NCBI GenBank assembly: GCA_973895155.1
Contig: OZ316894.1
Coordinates: 19,568,805 to 19,632,804, forward strand
Direction: 5' to 3'
DNA: 64,000 nt
Source of the DNA: Marsupella aquatica
Lineage: Eukaryota; Plantae; Marchantiophyta
Shown in pieces: positions 11,298-23,617 of the stretch. The notes under the pieces are model-generated. The model did not search any database, was not told where the DNA came from, and was given only the letters and a program-made list of their open reading frames with translations. The first letter of the stretch is position 1, and each line of letters starts with the position of its first letter. The translations under genes and the position numbers were made by a program.

Positions 11298-12244
11298 AGT
11301 AACCTATCCTAAAACCTATGTAAAAAAAACCCTATCTACACTCTAGAACGGAGACCTGATGCCAAGCCCAACCCGGTGAATAATAACAAAGTTGTACAAA
11401 AAGAATGCAAAAACACAAGGAGAAAGAAGAAGTACTAACCCAACAATAGAGAAGTGAAGAGGAATGGCAAATGTGAACCACACATACCCTTTTGCCCCGT
11501 TACCACTCCTCCACCCCTCTTCCCCATTGGGTACATTTGTGACCATTGGATCATGGAGGTTCGAAAGGGTCTTGCAACTAACCCTAATTGCCTCCCTAAG
11601 TGGCGGCTGCACTAACTCCCGTAGTTGCCATCCGCATGGGGTACAGGATACAGCAGAAACTGCCAAAAATTGATACTTTACCTGTGTCAACGAGAGTGAA
11701 GCTTGAACTTGAGACCTGTGGGAAGAAAGGCAATGATTCCAAACGATGTGCTATGAGGACTCTTCAAATACAAGGGAACCATAACTAATGATAAAGTAGT
11801 AACATAATCCCAGCCCCCATGCCGGGTGGAGTGAGCCCTGTCCGTGGGTACCTCCACAACGTCTGAGGAAACCTTACAAAGGCCGGCGGCTCCCACCCTC
11901 CTATATCCCCTGCAAGGTGTATTTAAGAGGCCAGGTGTCCACTGCCCTGCCTGCCCGAAAATTTGAAATTTGAAATTGTGTAGGCAACCAATCAGAAGAG
12001 TCTGTTTCTTTTTCGGTTGTTTCTCACTTATTTTGGGTCATTTTTTATTGCTGTTTTTTGCTAGGCGTAGATCTCAAAGAGATCTTCAATCTGAGCCATA
12101 GATCACCTCAAACGGTGAACAAATGAGATGCCTGGGAGGTTCGATCGGAAGGCTGTGGTGAGGAGCGCGTCCGCAAACGCGACACTCGCGTTTCTGGAAT
12201 GACTACTCCGGGTGACCCGGAGTACTTAAACCACGATTAGTGGT

Positions 12245-12400
12245 TTAACAAAAACATAAATTAGTTCAAATCATTTGGGTTGTAGATCATAAATCTAAGT
12301 CAGTTTTATACCCAGAACATAAACCAAACCAAGACACAGTTAAAATCATTAACAAGAGGATAAATTAGTTCAAATCATTTGGGTTGTACATCATAAATAT
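12245..12400. repeat. ~104-bp AT-rich tandem repeat interrupted by the Kolobok insertion
   Basis: TTAACAA..ATAAATTAGTTCAAATCATTTGGGTTGTA occurs twice (12245 and ~12349). The CCCAGAACATAAACC..GTTAAAATCATTAA part also lies at 4421-4461. Confidence 0.8.
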
Positions 12401-15400
12401 AAAGTATTAATTATGTCATTTGGATTGTAAATATAATGTATTTGTTATGTTCTGGTGTACCTGACAACATTAACCTTAAGGATTTAACACACTAGTGTCC
12501 ATGGCACTCCACCATGCATGGTTCTCCAAAGAAGGTTATGACTTGTGACAACTCGTGCTTAGGGGATCTATAATCTTCGGGTATGGGGTGTGCATTATCC
12601 CACCTGGAAAGATTATGCGACTTTTTACCAATGCTAAGGAGGTGCAGCTATGTCACTCGATCGGATGACTGTGTAAACTTGTAAATTAAGAACGTGGACT
12701 GAAAGGAGATATGTCAATCGGATGTGAATTAAGAACGTCGACTGAAAGGGAGCTCTAGTGCAGTTTATCTACACGGTAGTCCTAAAATTAGATCAATGAA
12801 CGAGTGAGTACTTCAGTTGAGATTTGAATTCTACTGCAGACATCCGGGGCGAAGCACACACAATGCACTAGTAGAATGCAAATAGCTGAATATCTGGATA
12901 TCAGACCAACCACCGCTAAAAGTGTGAATCTGCTAGTCTGGGTCTAACAGATGTTCGACGAACAGACTACCGTAGTACCGGGCCCGAAGTTCTTGGCAGC
13001 ACATTTACCTTGTATTCAGATGGACTCGATCATGCAATCGAAAGACAAATTGGTATGGAAACAATGGAATTGGAATCAGATGAACAATGAGAATGATCAC
13101 CCGTGAAAGATCGCTACAAACCTTCACAGAAAACGAGCTTCATCATTTGAAAGGCACAGAGCGACGTCAGCTACTCTCGTAGGAGACAATCTGAGTGTAC
13201 TTCCTTATATTATTACTTCACATAAAACGAGTTTCATCATTTTGAAAGGCACAGAACGATGACAGCGACTCCCGAAGGAGACATCCATCACTCCTCTCAA
13301 CTAATTTCCGTCACGTGTGGACTAGCTGGGGGATAGACCGTGCATGATCGATGTCGACGACTCGGGCTGATCGAGTGTGACCGATCTCACGATTGTCCCA
13401 CTGCTGATCGAGGTCCATTTGCGAGCAAAGTTGGAGCGATATTGAAGGGCAATGGTGAGCGAGGAGTAGGAGAGAAAATAATCGTGGCTCTCCTGAATAA
13501 TTAAAAGTTTGTTATATTCTTAAAATTATCACTTTGAAACGTTAGTAGTTTCGTGCAACTTTGAAGAGAACAAAAACTTAGTTAGTTTGAAGCAAAACTT
13601 TCTGGAATTGTACTCGCCAAGTCCAAACGTCTCTGCACATGAGTTCAAACCCAGTGCCCACTTTGTCACCCGAGTTCTGAGCCATGCTTCGTCACTATTT
13701 GACTCCAGTTAACTATCGAGGTCAGATGAAATTTAGAAAAGGAATCCAAACTTTTAAGGGACAGATTTCAGTACTTCGAAACTTGCATGTAATATATTAT
13801 CTTTCTCGTGTGTCAGTCTGACATGAAGAAGCATGAATTACTAGTAGGTGCAAACACATATTGATTTTGATTTTTTTTATTAGTTTCCTTGGCCCCTATA
13901 ATGCATGAATTTTGGATGCTCCTTACTGAAAGTAAATAGGGATAGGGATGATAAAATTCAACTGCCAATTCACCTGTTAGGTAGAGTTCAATTGGTTTGC
14001 TCTGACTCCTCTCAGTTTACCCCATTTTCAGAGACTCAACCTGCCCCCATCTCCATTTTACACCTGCACACCTAACCTTCAGTTATATGCCCGGAGTCAT
14101 GATCTAGAGGCTTCACTCTAGTCTTAGACCATTGGTCTTTAACCTGGAACTATACTAAGGGCATCCAGTTGCCACAGTGAACTAGTTTTGGGTAAGTATT
14201 GACAAGATAACACTCTTCTTTGTGAGTAACAAGTTTGCTTTATTACTTACAAAGCACCTAAATCATGCCAAATGGATACCATATTGACCAAGTCATGAAA
14301 ACTGAAACCTATGTTTCTCTCATTCCATATCTTGTCCAACTGTTATTCCAAATGAAAATGATGTATATTTTCAATTGTTGTCACCCGGCTTTGTCTGGAC
14401 CAACATCGTGTAAAACCCCAATAAAAGTCACGGTTAGTAGAAGGGGAGTATTAAATCCACCATGCACAATTGGAACGAGAATCCATCATGCATTTACTGT
14501 ATTGATCTTGAAACGAGCATGGCAAATTCTTTTTTGTAGCCTTACAATACTTCCAGACTTAGCAAGACAATAAACCTTCAAATCCTGCCAGGTCATTCAA
14601 GTGAGCTGGTCTTACTTAAAACAAGAGTGAAAAACAAAAGGGGCCTTGAACCCTTCAATGAGCTAATGAACACCCTGGAGAATATTTGTCGGTTGAGTTG
14701 CTGTTGTGGGCCAGCGTTCTTATAACGATCAATATTAAGAAATTTGGGTACAGCCACCTGGTGAGGCATTAAATAAAAATATTACTCTTGCACCCAAGTC
14801 CCTCGAAAATCAAAACAATAGGGCATTCGCTTAGCACACACGAGGAAGCTCGCCACAATTTTTTTTAATGGTTTAGTGAATCACACACAAGAAAATGGGG
14901 TGTCATTTGTCAAACACAGTCATGGCTAGTAAGCTTTATTTGCCAGATGGTTCTAGTTTATGTTTCAACCAAGAACCTATCTTGGTCCTGGCTGCGACGA
15001 AAGATGCCCTCATTTTGGAAAGGATAAATCATCTGATAGCCTCACCAGCTTCTGATCAAGAATGATCTATTCTCATGGTGTCCTTTTAGCCTAACAAAGG
15101 AAGAAAAATAGGGAAACATGTCCAATCTGAAGAAAGTCTCTTCATTCAACCAGTCAGGGAACGAGTATAATTATTTTAATTTATTAATGGCATGACGGAC
15201 ATTTTTTGTTGGGTCAGCTCAGGAATTTATACACTGATATAGCATAGATTTTCCATCATATTGATGAGAATCCTCATAGAATGTGCATTTGATCACCCAT
15301 AATTTAGACATGATCAGCATAACTCTAACAGCAATTTTTTTATATTCACCCTGATTAGTTGCCCACTTTAAGTAACAGCTGCTCTTGGAAGGGACTACTG

Positions 15401-15722
15401 TAGTTCTTTTATCTAGCGCTCTTATATATACCAGGCTGAGTGCCCGACCTTTGAACATAATTAGAGGGAATATAATTAACCTTGGTGCACCATTTTCAGA
15501 GATTCACTCTTGCCCAAAATGCTCATTATTTAGTGGCACCCTCAACTTCACTTACACCCCAAAAGTCACGAGCCTTCTCTCTAAACAATAATGCCTAAAG
15601 AATAGTTTTATATCTCAATGATAAATGATGTACAGTAGTTCCATTGAAATATAGAAACTTACAAAGATGATGGGTGGAAGCTGCTCTTGAAACGAACTTG
15701 TTCTTGTATCTTGTGCTCTTAT

Positions 15723-15839
15723 ATGCAGAGGAAACTACATCCAGTGACCTGCGGTAACTCTGAGACGGGGGGTAACTTTTTATGCAGAGGAAAGTACCTG
15801 CACTGACCCGCGGTAACTCTGAAACGGGGGGTAACTTTT
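15723..15839. repeat. ~59-bp tandem duplication upstream of the transporter gene
   Basis: ATGCAGAGGAAA..GCGGTAACTCTGA.ACGGGGGGTAACTTTT occurs twice. Confidence 0.75.
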
Positions 15840-16662
15840 GTTCCAGGTTTGGCGGTGGGGCTCGTCGTTGAAGAACACCATCGTTCGCGCATTTCTGGTC
15901 AGACAGAGAGACACAAGTCTTTGAGCGTTGTTGTGTTGCTTCGTCTCCTCTCGTCTCCTCCACTCCCGCGAGGGGAGCTTCTGCATCGTCGTATTAAATT
16001 AGGTGGAGGGGCCCCGAATGCTGCAAGATTCGCGGTCCGCAACATCGAGCTGACGGAATTTCAGTAGCGGCAGCACAACTCCCTGTCGTGCACTACACGA
16101 GAAACCTGACATAACTCTGTGGGTTGTTGCTGGGACTCTCTTTCTCCTCGGCCACACTCGGTCCTCACTCTGTATTGTGTGGTTCTTTGGGGATCGGAGC
16201 TCAATTGGCTTCCCAGCATTTGTCCAAGGGGATTCTTGCCTCCTCTAGATGACCTCGATCTGGAGTAGTGTTGTGTGTTTTATTTTGTCGAGTGGAGTGG
16301 ATTTGGAGCAGATTGCCGGAAATCATCAATTCCTTTGCAGCTCCTGTTTCTTGAGAGTCGGAGAAAGGTCAGAAGGGGAGGGATATTTCTAGTCTTGAAC
16401 GAGTCGGTCCGGATCGTTTCGATTGCTGGACAACCTTGACTGCCTTTGGGCCATCTTCTTTCCTGTTCTGTGATTTGTTCGCTGGTGGAGTCGACTCGAA
16501 TCTGTTGGGATATTTAATTCACGTAACGTCAATCAGCCTTGATTGATTCACTTGCGTGGGAAGGTTTCCATCGACGCTTCATGTGATCCTGAGCTCGGGT
16601 CCAGGGAATTCATTCGCCCAAGGAGGAGCAAAGGTATTGATTGATAGGTCCTGTAAGCCGAA

Positions 16663-19600
16663 ATGAAGGGGGCGAGATCAGTTGCGACCGCCGCAGCACT
16701 AGGAAATATGCTTCAAGGATGGGACAACGCTGCAATTGCAGGTAGTTTATAACTGTGATATTTCTCCCTTCTCCGAGCCATTTGTGGGCCTGATTAGATT
16801 AGGGTCAGAAAGCCTATAATTCCGATTCAATCCGTTTTGTTGAGGTTGTAGACATTTTGTTCTTCCTTGCGTTGGGTGTATTTGACTCTGCTTCATAGGT
16901 AAGAGAATCGGTTCAAGATGGCAAGTTGTGCTCTCTGTGAGCTTAAATCTAATCCAACAACCAGTTCGAACTTCAGCGTGGTCTCTTTGGTTGAATGTAA
17001 GGGCGAAATGTAGCATGTACCCGCATCGGAATTGGCACAGTCAGACTTTGTGCTCTTCGTACACCTACCTAGTTCAGATTTTACGAAAATGAATTCCTTC
17101 TATGTCATCACCAATTTTCCCCAAGGATATCGAGTGTACTGTGATTCTTTGCGAGCTCAATTCGAGCTCAACCAGGGGTTTAAACTTTGAGGAATCGATC
17201 CTGATCTGTGATGTTGTTTCGCTGTGGCCAGGAGCATTGCTGTACCTCAGGGTCGAGTTTCATTTGGAGTTGAATCCAACTCTGGAAGGGTTAGTCGTCG
17301 CAGCTACCCTGGTTGGAGCTGTCGCAAGCACAGCTCTGGCAGGGCCAGCAGCAGATTCATTGGGACGAAGGTTTATGTTGATAGTTTCCGCCGCTTTGTT
17401 TGCCATCGCAGCCTCTGTAATGGTGTGGTCTCCTACAATTTACATTCTTATATTTGGACGCTTCCTAGTGGGTGCTGCTATCGGATTAGCTGCCACGATC
17501 GTACCTATTCTCATATCCGAGTCCGCTCCCACTGAGATCCGTGGACAGCTCGCCACTCTGCCTCAGTTGACGGGCTCATCTGGGCTTTTCTTCGCTTATT
17601 GCTTCGTGTTCGGACTGTCACTCCTTGCGAATCCTAGCTGGAGACTAATTCTGGGAGTCATATTCTTTCCCTCAGCTGTATATCTGGGATTGTGCTTATT
17701 CTATTTGCCCGAATCGCCCAGATGGCTTGTAAGTAAGGGTCGCATGCATGAAGCTAAAGTGGTGCTTCAAGGTCTCCGAGCTGAGGAGGACGTTTCAGGT
17801 GCGTACAATTTCCCGTCGCAGTCGATGAGTTGACCCAAGTAAGTCATAAATTCAATTTTACAAAGCAACCAGCAGAATCTTTGAGCTCTCGGGAATCTTT
17901 CAGCAGCACAAAGCAATCATAGCAGCGTTATGTGAACTCTCTACTCGCAGGCCCTAGTTTGATTAGAGCTGGCAATTGGCTTAGATTTTCTTTTGGTGTG
18001 GTGTGAGTCTGATGAAGGACTCACAGATAATGCCCGCCAGACTCCAAGACTTCTGACCCTATCTGTTGTATTTTCCAGCTGAACTTGCTCTCTTAGTTGA
18101 AGGGTTGGGAGTTGGAATGGACACATCAGTGGAAGAATGGCTGGTCAAACCCGCTGAAAGGTCGGATATATTGGATCCCACAAGTGTGGACGATGGTCAC
18201 ATTACACTCTTTGGACCCGGTGGTCCGGATGAGGATTTAACCTGGCTTGCTGAACCTATCAAAGTTGATAACGGTCATCCCCTACTCTCAAGCCGCGCAA
18301 GCACAAATAGTCACAGCATGTCTCTCGTTGATAACATGGTGTCGCTCATGGGTAGCCTTCACCCGGCCACCGACCTTGACTTTGACAATGATGACTTGAA
18401 CGATGAGTTTGATAGGAGAAGTCTGTTCCAGGGAGATGAAGAAGCAGGTCTGGATGTCCATGGATACTCATCCGAGGATAACCATGAGCCTGGTGTTACG
18501 GGAGACTTGGACGAATCTCACTTGAACAGTCCTTTGTTGCAGAATGCAACTACCAAGAGCGACGTGCTGTCACGGAGAAACTCCTCAGTTTTTTCTCGAG
18601 CCAGTTCCTTCCGGGGCCTGTCGAGGAAGTCAAGTACCAGAACAGTTGATGGACTGTTTGGGGAATCTGTCAGCAGTGTGGGCATTGGAGGTGGTTGGCA
18701 AATGGCGTGGCGTAGAGACGGTGAAAATTACGATAGGGTGTATCTACTCCAAGAAGGGCCGGAGATCTCTCGTTACACGTCCAACATGTCTCTCCCAGGC
18801 ATTGGCGGTGGCTCAACTTTTGGAGCAGATGGCGATCATGCCTTTCAAGCTGTAGCTTTGATCGGTCCATCAGTCCAGTTCAATAAAGACAGTGCGCTTC
18901 AGGACGCCGTGGGTCCAGCTGTGGTTCACCCTTATGAGACTGCCACAAAGGGACCTGCATGGTCCGATCTAGCGGACGTCGGAGTGAAGAGAGCACTTGT
19001 CGTTGGTGTCGGCCTTCAACTTCTACAACAGGTAGTGCAATTTCATCTGAATAGCAGGAAATTTTCCAAGTTCTAAGTTTCAATTAGCATTTGTTTTCAA
19101 TGAATTTGAGTGCCTTTTTTCCCGGTCCTAATCTTTTTGCCCTTCCCCAGTTCTGTGGTATAAATGCAGTGCTGTACTTCACTCCTCAAATATTGAAACA
19201 GTCAGGGGCTGACGCAATGGCCGAGAGCCTGGGATTGAACTCGGATTCCGTATCGATTATGGCCAGTGCGCTCACCTGTTTCATGATGCTTCCGTGCATA
19301 TTTGTGGCGATGTGGCTCATGGATCGTGCAGGGCGAAGGTATGTGTGGTCTTTTGATACCATAATACCAGAAAGATTCTTGCAAAGCCTCTGAATCAGGG
19401 GACTTAATTTATCCACATTCTACATGTTGCTCTTCAAGTTTATCTGGGAAATGATTTTTTGTTATTCATCTCATCTCTCGTTTGGAGAGCGTCAAGTCAG
19501 AGCTATTCATCATAATTTTCTAAGTCACATTTTCTGAATCTCTGCAGGCAGCTTCTGTTGACAACCTTACCTGTCCTAGGATCGGCTTTGGTGGTTGTTG

Positions 19601-20037
19601 TAATTGTGAATACCTTTGTTGAACCAAGCATTTTTCAAGCTGTCACGTCTTTCCTCGGTGTTTCCGTGTTTATCTGCTCCTTCGTTATGGGTTTCGGGCC
19701 TATCCCCAACATTTTGTGCTCAGAAATTTTCCCCACCAGAGTACGTGGTCTTGCGATTGGTATCACCTCCGCTACAATGTGGCTGAGCAATGTGGTTGTG
19801 TCTTACGCATTTCCCGTTGCCAACGCCGCGTATGGGCTGGTGGGCGTCTTCCTCTTTTTCGCTGTCATGAGCGCCATAGCGTGGGTGTTCGTGTTCCTCA
19901 AGGTACCCGAGACTAAAGGTCTGCCACTGGAAATTATTTGCGAGTTCTTCGCCATGTCTGGGACTCAAACTGCTGAAGCCAACGAAGCCAGGAAGCCCCT
20001 ACTTGCGGAATCACATGATCCAATGAAAAAGGTTTAA
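16663..20037 (+). CDS. TMT: Tonoplast monosaccharide/sugar transporter (TMT/TST, MFS). Exons 16663-16741, 17232-17798, 18079-19031, 19151-19338, 19548-20037
   Basis: N-terminus MKGA..AALGNMLQGWDNAAIAG; ISESAPTEIRGQLATLPQ; PESPRWLVSKGR; long acidic central loop with GIGGGWQMAW; LLQQFCGINAVLY; GFGPIPNILCSEIFPTRVRG; KVPETKGLPLE. All introns GT-AG and in phase. Confidence 0.95.
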
Positions 20038-22224
20038 TTAATTTGTGCACGATTCTTGTGGAGCTACATGAAAACACTGCAATTTAGTACCAGCAGATGT
20101 GGCTGAGATTGTCATAGTTTCCATGAGCTCAGTTGGCAAAGGTAATCGGCTGGACAAGTCAAGCTGGACAAGGCAGGATAGATTGATCACAATGCGTGAT
20201 CATTGCACAACGTGGACTGAAACTTAGGCTTTTGAATCGAACGACCTTGTCCAGAGTTTATACATGAAAAAGGCTTCAGGTGGGTTGAATTTGAGCAGCC
20301 GCATTACGTGAGATGCAGATACAGTGCTCGGGGCAAAAAATTGAAACGAGAAATAGGAAGTAAGATTTATTGAACCGGGAGTTTGGCCTGGCTATCGTCA
20401 TTCTTACAGTGGACCATTAGTGGAGTAGTCGAGTGCGACGTCGTGAACAACCTTTGGAAGAAAGTGTGCACTTAGATGAGGATATGAAGAAAAGTGGGTG
20501 GAAATCACTCCTCTCAAGCGGGAGTATCACATTTGCATTCACTACCCTGAAAAACAACCTTTGCTCCCATAGGATCACCAAAAGTGATGTACTATTAGAA
20601 TCCTGAGAAGTTTTGACTCGCGAAGGCACACGGGTTTTTGTGTGTATATACAGGACAAAGATTTTCATCAGCAGGTCATGCCTGCTTGTTGGAAAGCCCT
20701 CCTTCCGATGGGTAGAATGTAACTTCAACGTATAGCTATCTTAGTAATTGAATAATTGAGATAGCAATGAAGATAATATGATTTCATTAGAATTAATTTT
20801 CAAAAATCAGAATTCCTCAAACATACCTAACAGCCAGAAAAATCTGGTGTCCTGATAGGATAGGATTACAATCTAGTTTCAAACTCCACCGTGGAGTTCC
20901 GAAAGTGTAAATAGCTTTTTGATTGGATAGGAAACATAGAAGGACAAATCATCCTTACAGCTTTTTTCAATTCATGATAGTTTTGTAGAACTTGTTTATT
21001 TTCCACAAAATCTTGGAATATGGCAGAGGTCCCCTTGGAAATTTGTGGCGCTTCTTTTTCAATCATTCTATGCGATTGTGTGTATGTGGGTGCAGTTATG
21101 TAGCATTCGTTACAGTACGCTGTGTGATTGTGTAAATGCTATATGTGGGTGAAATTATCTCTAATCAATGGTTTCTCATCAAGTTCTGATAACCTCAAAC
21201 CACGCTCACTATCCTTAATTCAAAATTGCGATTGGTTTTTCATCAAAGTTTTTATCAAAGAGACCTCAAAATGGGGCTCAGTATCCTCCACGGCCACATC
21301 CAGTTTGAGGAGTCAGGGATCCCTTGCCGTAATACAAAGACATACCTTTCGAATCGAACCCAAAATCAGGAAGAGTTGTGCACTAATCGCCATTGCCTTG
21401 CAGGGCATGAGGGCGACAAACCTTCCGGATTTGAACCTGAAAACAGAATAGGAGCGGCGCACCAGTCGCCCGTTGCATGGCATGACGGCAATTCTGACAT
21501 TGACATCAAATCCCACAAGATTATCGTCAAGCACGTGGATCTCTGGTACCAATGTACATATATTGGCCAACACCGCAGTAGACTTACAAGTTCACTCACC
21601 TCATCTGCAAGGTGACGAAGGACTGGAACTCTGGAAATGACTGATGACAGACGGACGCATCCAAAACAAAAACAGCATATTTGCGTGCCATGCAGAAAAT
21701 ACTTCTTTAATGAGGAGGATACTGGACCACAGAATCTCCACATGGCACCTTCAGTTGCATGGAGTATTTTCACGTGTGATTTAACACGTCTTCTTCAGCA
21801 CTGTCAGCGCCAGGTATAGTTATGGGCAATAGGATATTGGGATAACGCACTGTCCAGTCTGCCGAGAGCAGGAGTATACTTGCCTGGAACGATTCAAAAT
21901 TCCTTGCAACTCGGGAGACTAGTTTCCAGAATTTACTATCAGAATAAGTACTCAGTGCTTATCTACCTCTAGATCCCCCTCTCGGCTCGTTTCTCGAGCC
22001 CGCGTGTTGACTTCTGAAATTAGGCAAGTCGTTGCTGCAGGCCTTGCCTCCGTCCCCTCTCGCTGGTTGCCTCTAATTGTACAAAATATATATGACTACA
22101 ACTGGTGCTACAAAATTTAATGTCTGAAAGAATCCATGGAGAAATTAAGCCAATAAGCCTTTAGATGTCTCAAATCGGCCCTGATGTTGTGTGGCAAAGT
22201 CCAAAACCTTTCGTACTAAAATAT

Positions 22225-23617
22225 TGTGACACACGTAATTTTCGTCCGTCTGTCCGTTTGTCCGAAGGGAGATCTATCTGGAGAAACACCAGGTCACCAA
22301 GGGTTTAGCTCGGCAAATAGCAGAAGGGCGTGCTGGGGAAAGCCCAAACAATCTATCACAAGCCAAAATGCTTTGAATCAAGCCTTGGAAAGTTCAAGCC
22401 TCAGGCCATCTAAATCTCCCAATGTGGAAGTCAGTTGGTGTTTGGATGCAGATTGAGAGGCTAAGGCCCTTTCTTACCTAGATTTGCCTAAGACTAACTT
22501 TGAGTAGAGATATATTCATAACTGTAAGCCTCCTCTGAACATCCAATGAACAAGTAATAGACAGATAGAGACATGGTTCGCTTAGGCTAAGGTTACATAC
22601 ACAAAAACACACAAAACTTTATTGCATTATTAATAGTCCCGTCTACCATGCCATATAGAGTGGCTCTCCCCAATACAAGTTCACCTAGATCACCAATTTA
22701 GGGAGTCTCCCATAGGTTTAGTGAAAATCGAAAAAAATTAGATCTCTCGGGCCTGTAATGACGTGTAGTCACATTATGGCACACATTATGGGCAAAACTG
22801 AACCTCTATTCTTTCGAGGCATTATATCCCAAAATGCGCTCTAAAGAGTAGTTTAGTGTATACATAATGAGACTAATTGATAAACTTTAATGCTTGAATT
22901 CTCAGTTCTATTTCACACTTAGACAAACCCAAAATTCATGCAAATTTTTATATTTATTTCGTTACCAAGAGAGACAAGTATGGACAAATTTTAATGCCCC
23001 CAACGGTAATGGATATTCTGTTCCATAAAGTTAGGAACGGAAAAATGCAACTTAAGAGAAAAATCTTACAGGGATTTCACTACTTCCTTTCGAAGGTATG
23101 TGCACACGGGCCAACACTGATTCTCAGTTTTTGATGGGTTTCATTCCGTGATCACTCAACTACAGTAGATTACTGCAGATGTCTCAACATTCTTCTCGTT
23201 GATCTCGTTCCTCTCCATTCCATGCGTTGTCACGTAGCCGATTGATCCTCAGACGCTCTCATGCTACCCTCAGTGAACCATTTTATCTAATGAGAGAAAT
23301 CGAGTCAAACAACACCAAACGCGGGACAGGAGGACGAGTAGCTCAAATTCACACGAGAAAGAGCACAAAACACTTGTGGATATCCGCAGGTCTGGCTGGA
23401 TTGATACTTTATGCTATCCAGAACAACAGCGGAATCCCAATTTACAGCTGCCCACGAATACTTCAGTTGCGTGTTCTCCGATAGAGTTGGTACAATCCAA
23501 CGAACCATGTCTCCCCCTTTGTGCACATGATCGTTCCCACGAGCTCGAAGGTACCGACCTGTGCGCAGCTTACCTAGCGGTCGGTCGATAACACTGGGCA
23601 CTGTTCACGGTCTCACA
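22225..23617. mobile_element. Possible solo-LTR-like remnant
   Basis: TGTGACAC...GTCTCACA inverted termini about 1.4 kb apart, non-coding; no TSD found. Confidence 0.25.

Larger units (their letters stand above)
4462..12244 (-). mobile_element. Kolobok-superfamily DNA transposon (~7.8 kb), TTAA target-site duplication
   Basis: TTAA at 4458-4461 and 12245-12248. Imperfect 18-bp TIR: ACCACAACTCGGGGTATA vs revcomp of right end ACCACTAATCGTGGTTTA (14/18). Joining the flanks restores a unit matching the neighbouring tandem copy at ~12311-12398. Encodes a DDE transposase (-) and a convergent KolX-like ORF (+). Confidence 0.85.

Noticed and set aside
4462-12244. piggyBac (TTAA TSD) or MULE assignment
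   Set aside because: The ends are not CC..GG and piggyBac motifs are absent; there are no long TIRs or 9-bp TSD as in MULEs.
14200-15600. Possible decayed LINE-1 sequence
   Set aside because: Only vague peptide resemblance; no diagnostic RT motif.
20866-21819. Cluster of overlapping short ORFs
   Set aside because: No recognisable domain or consistent splice model.
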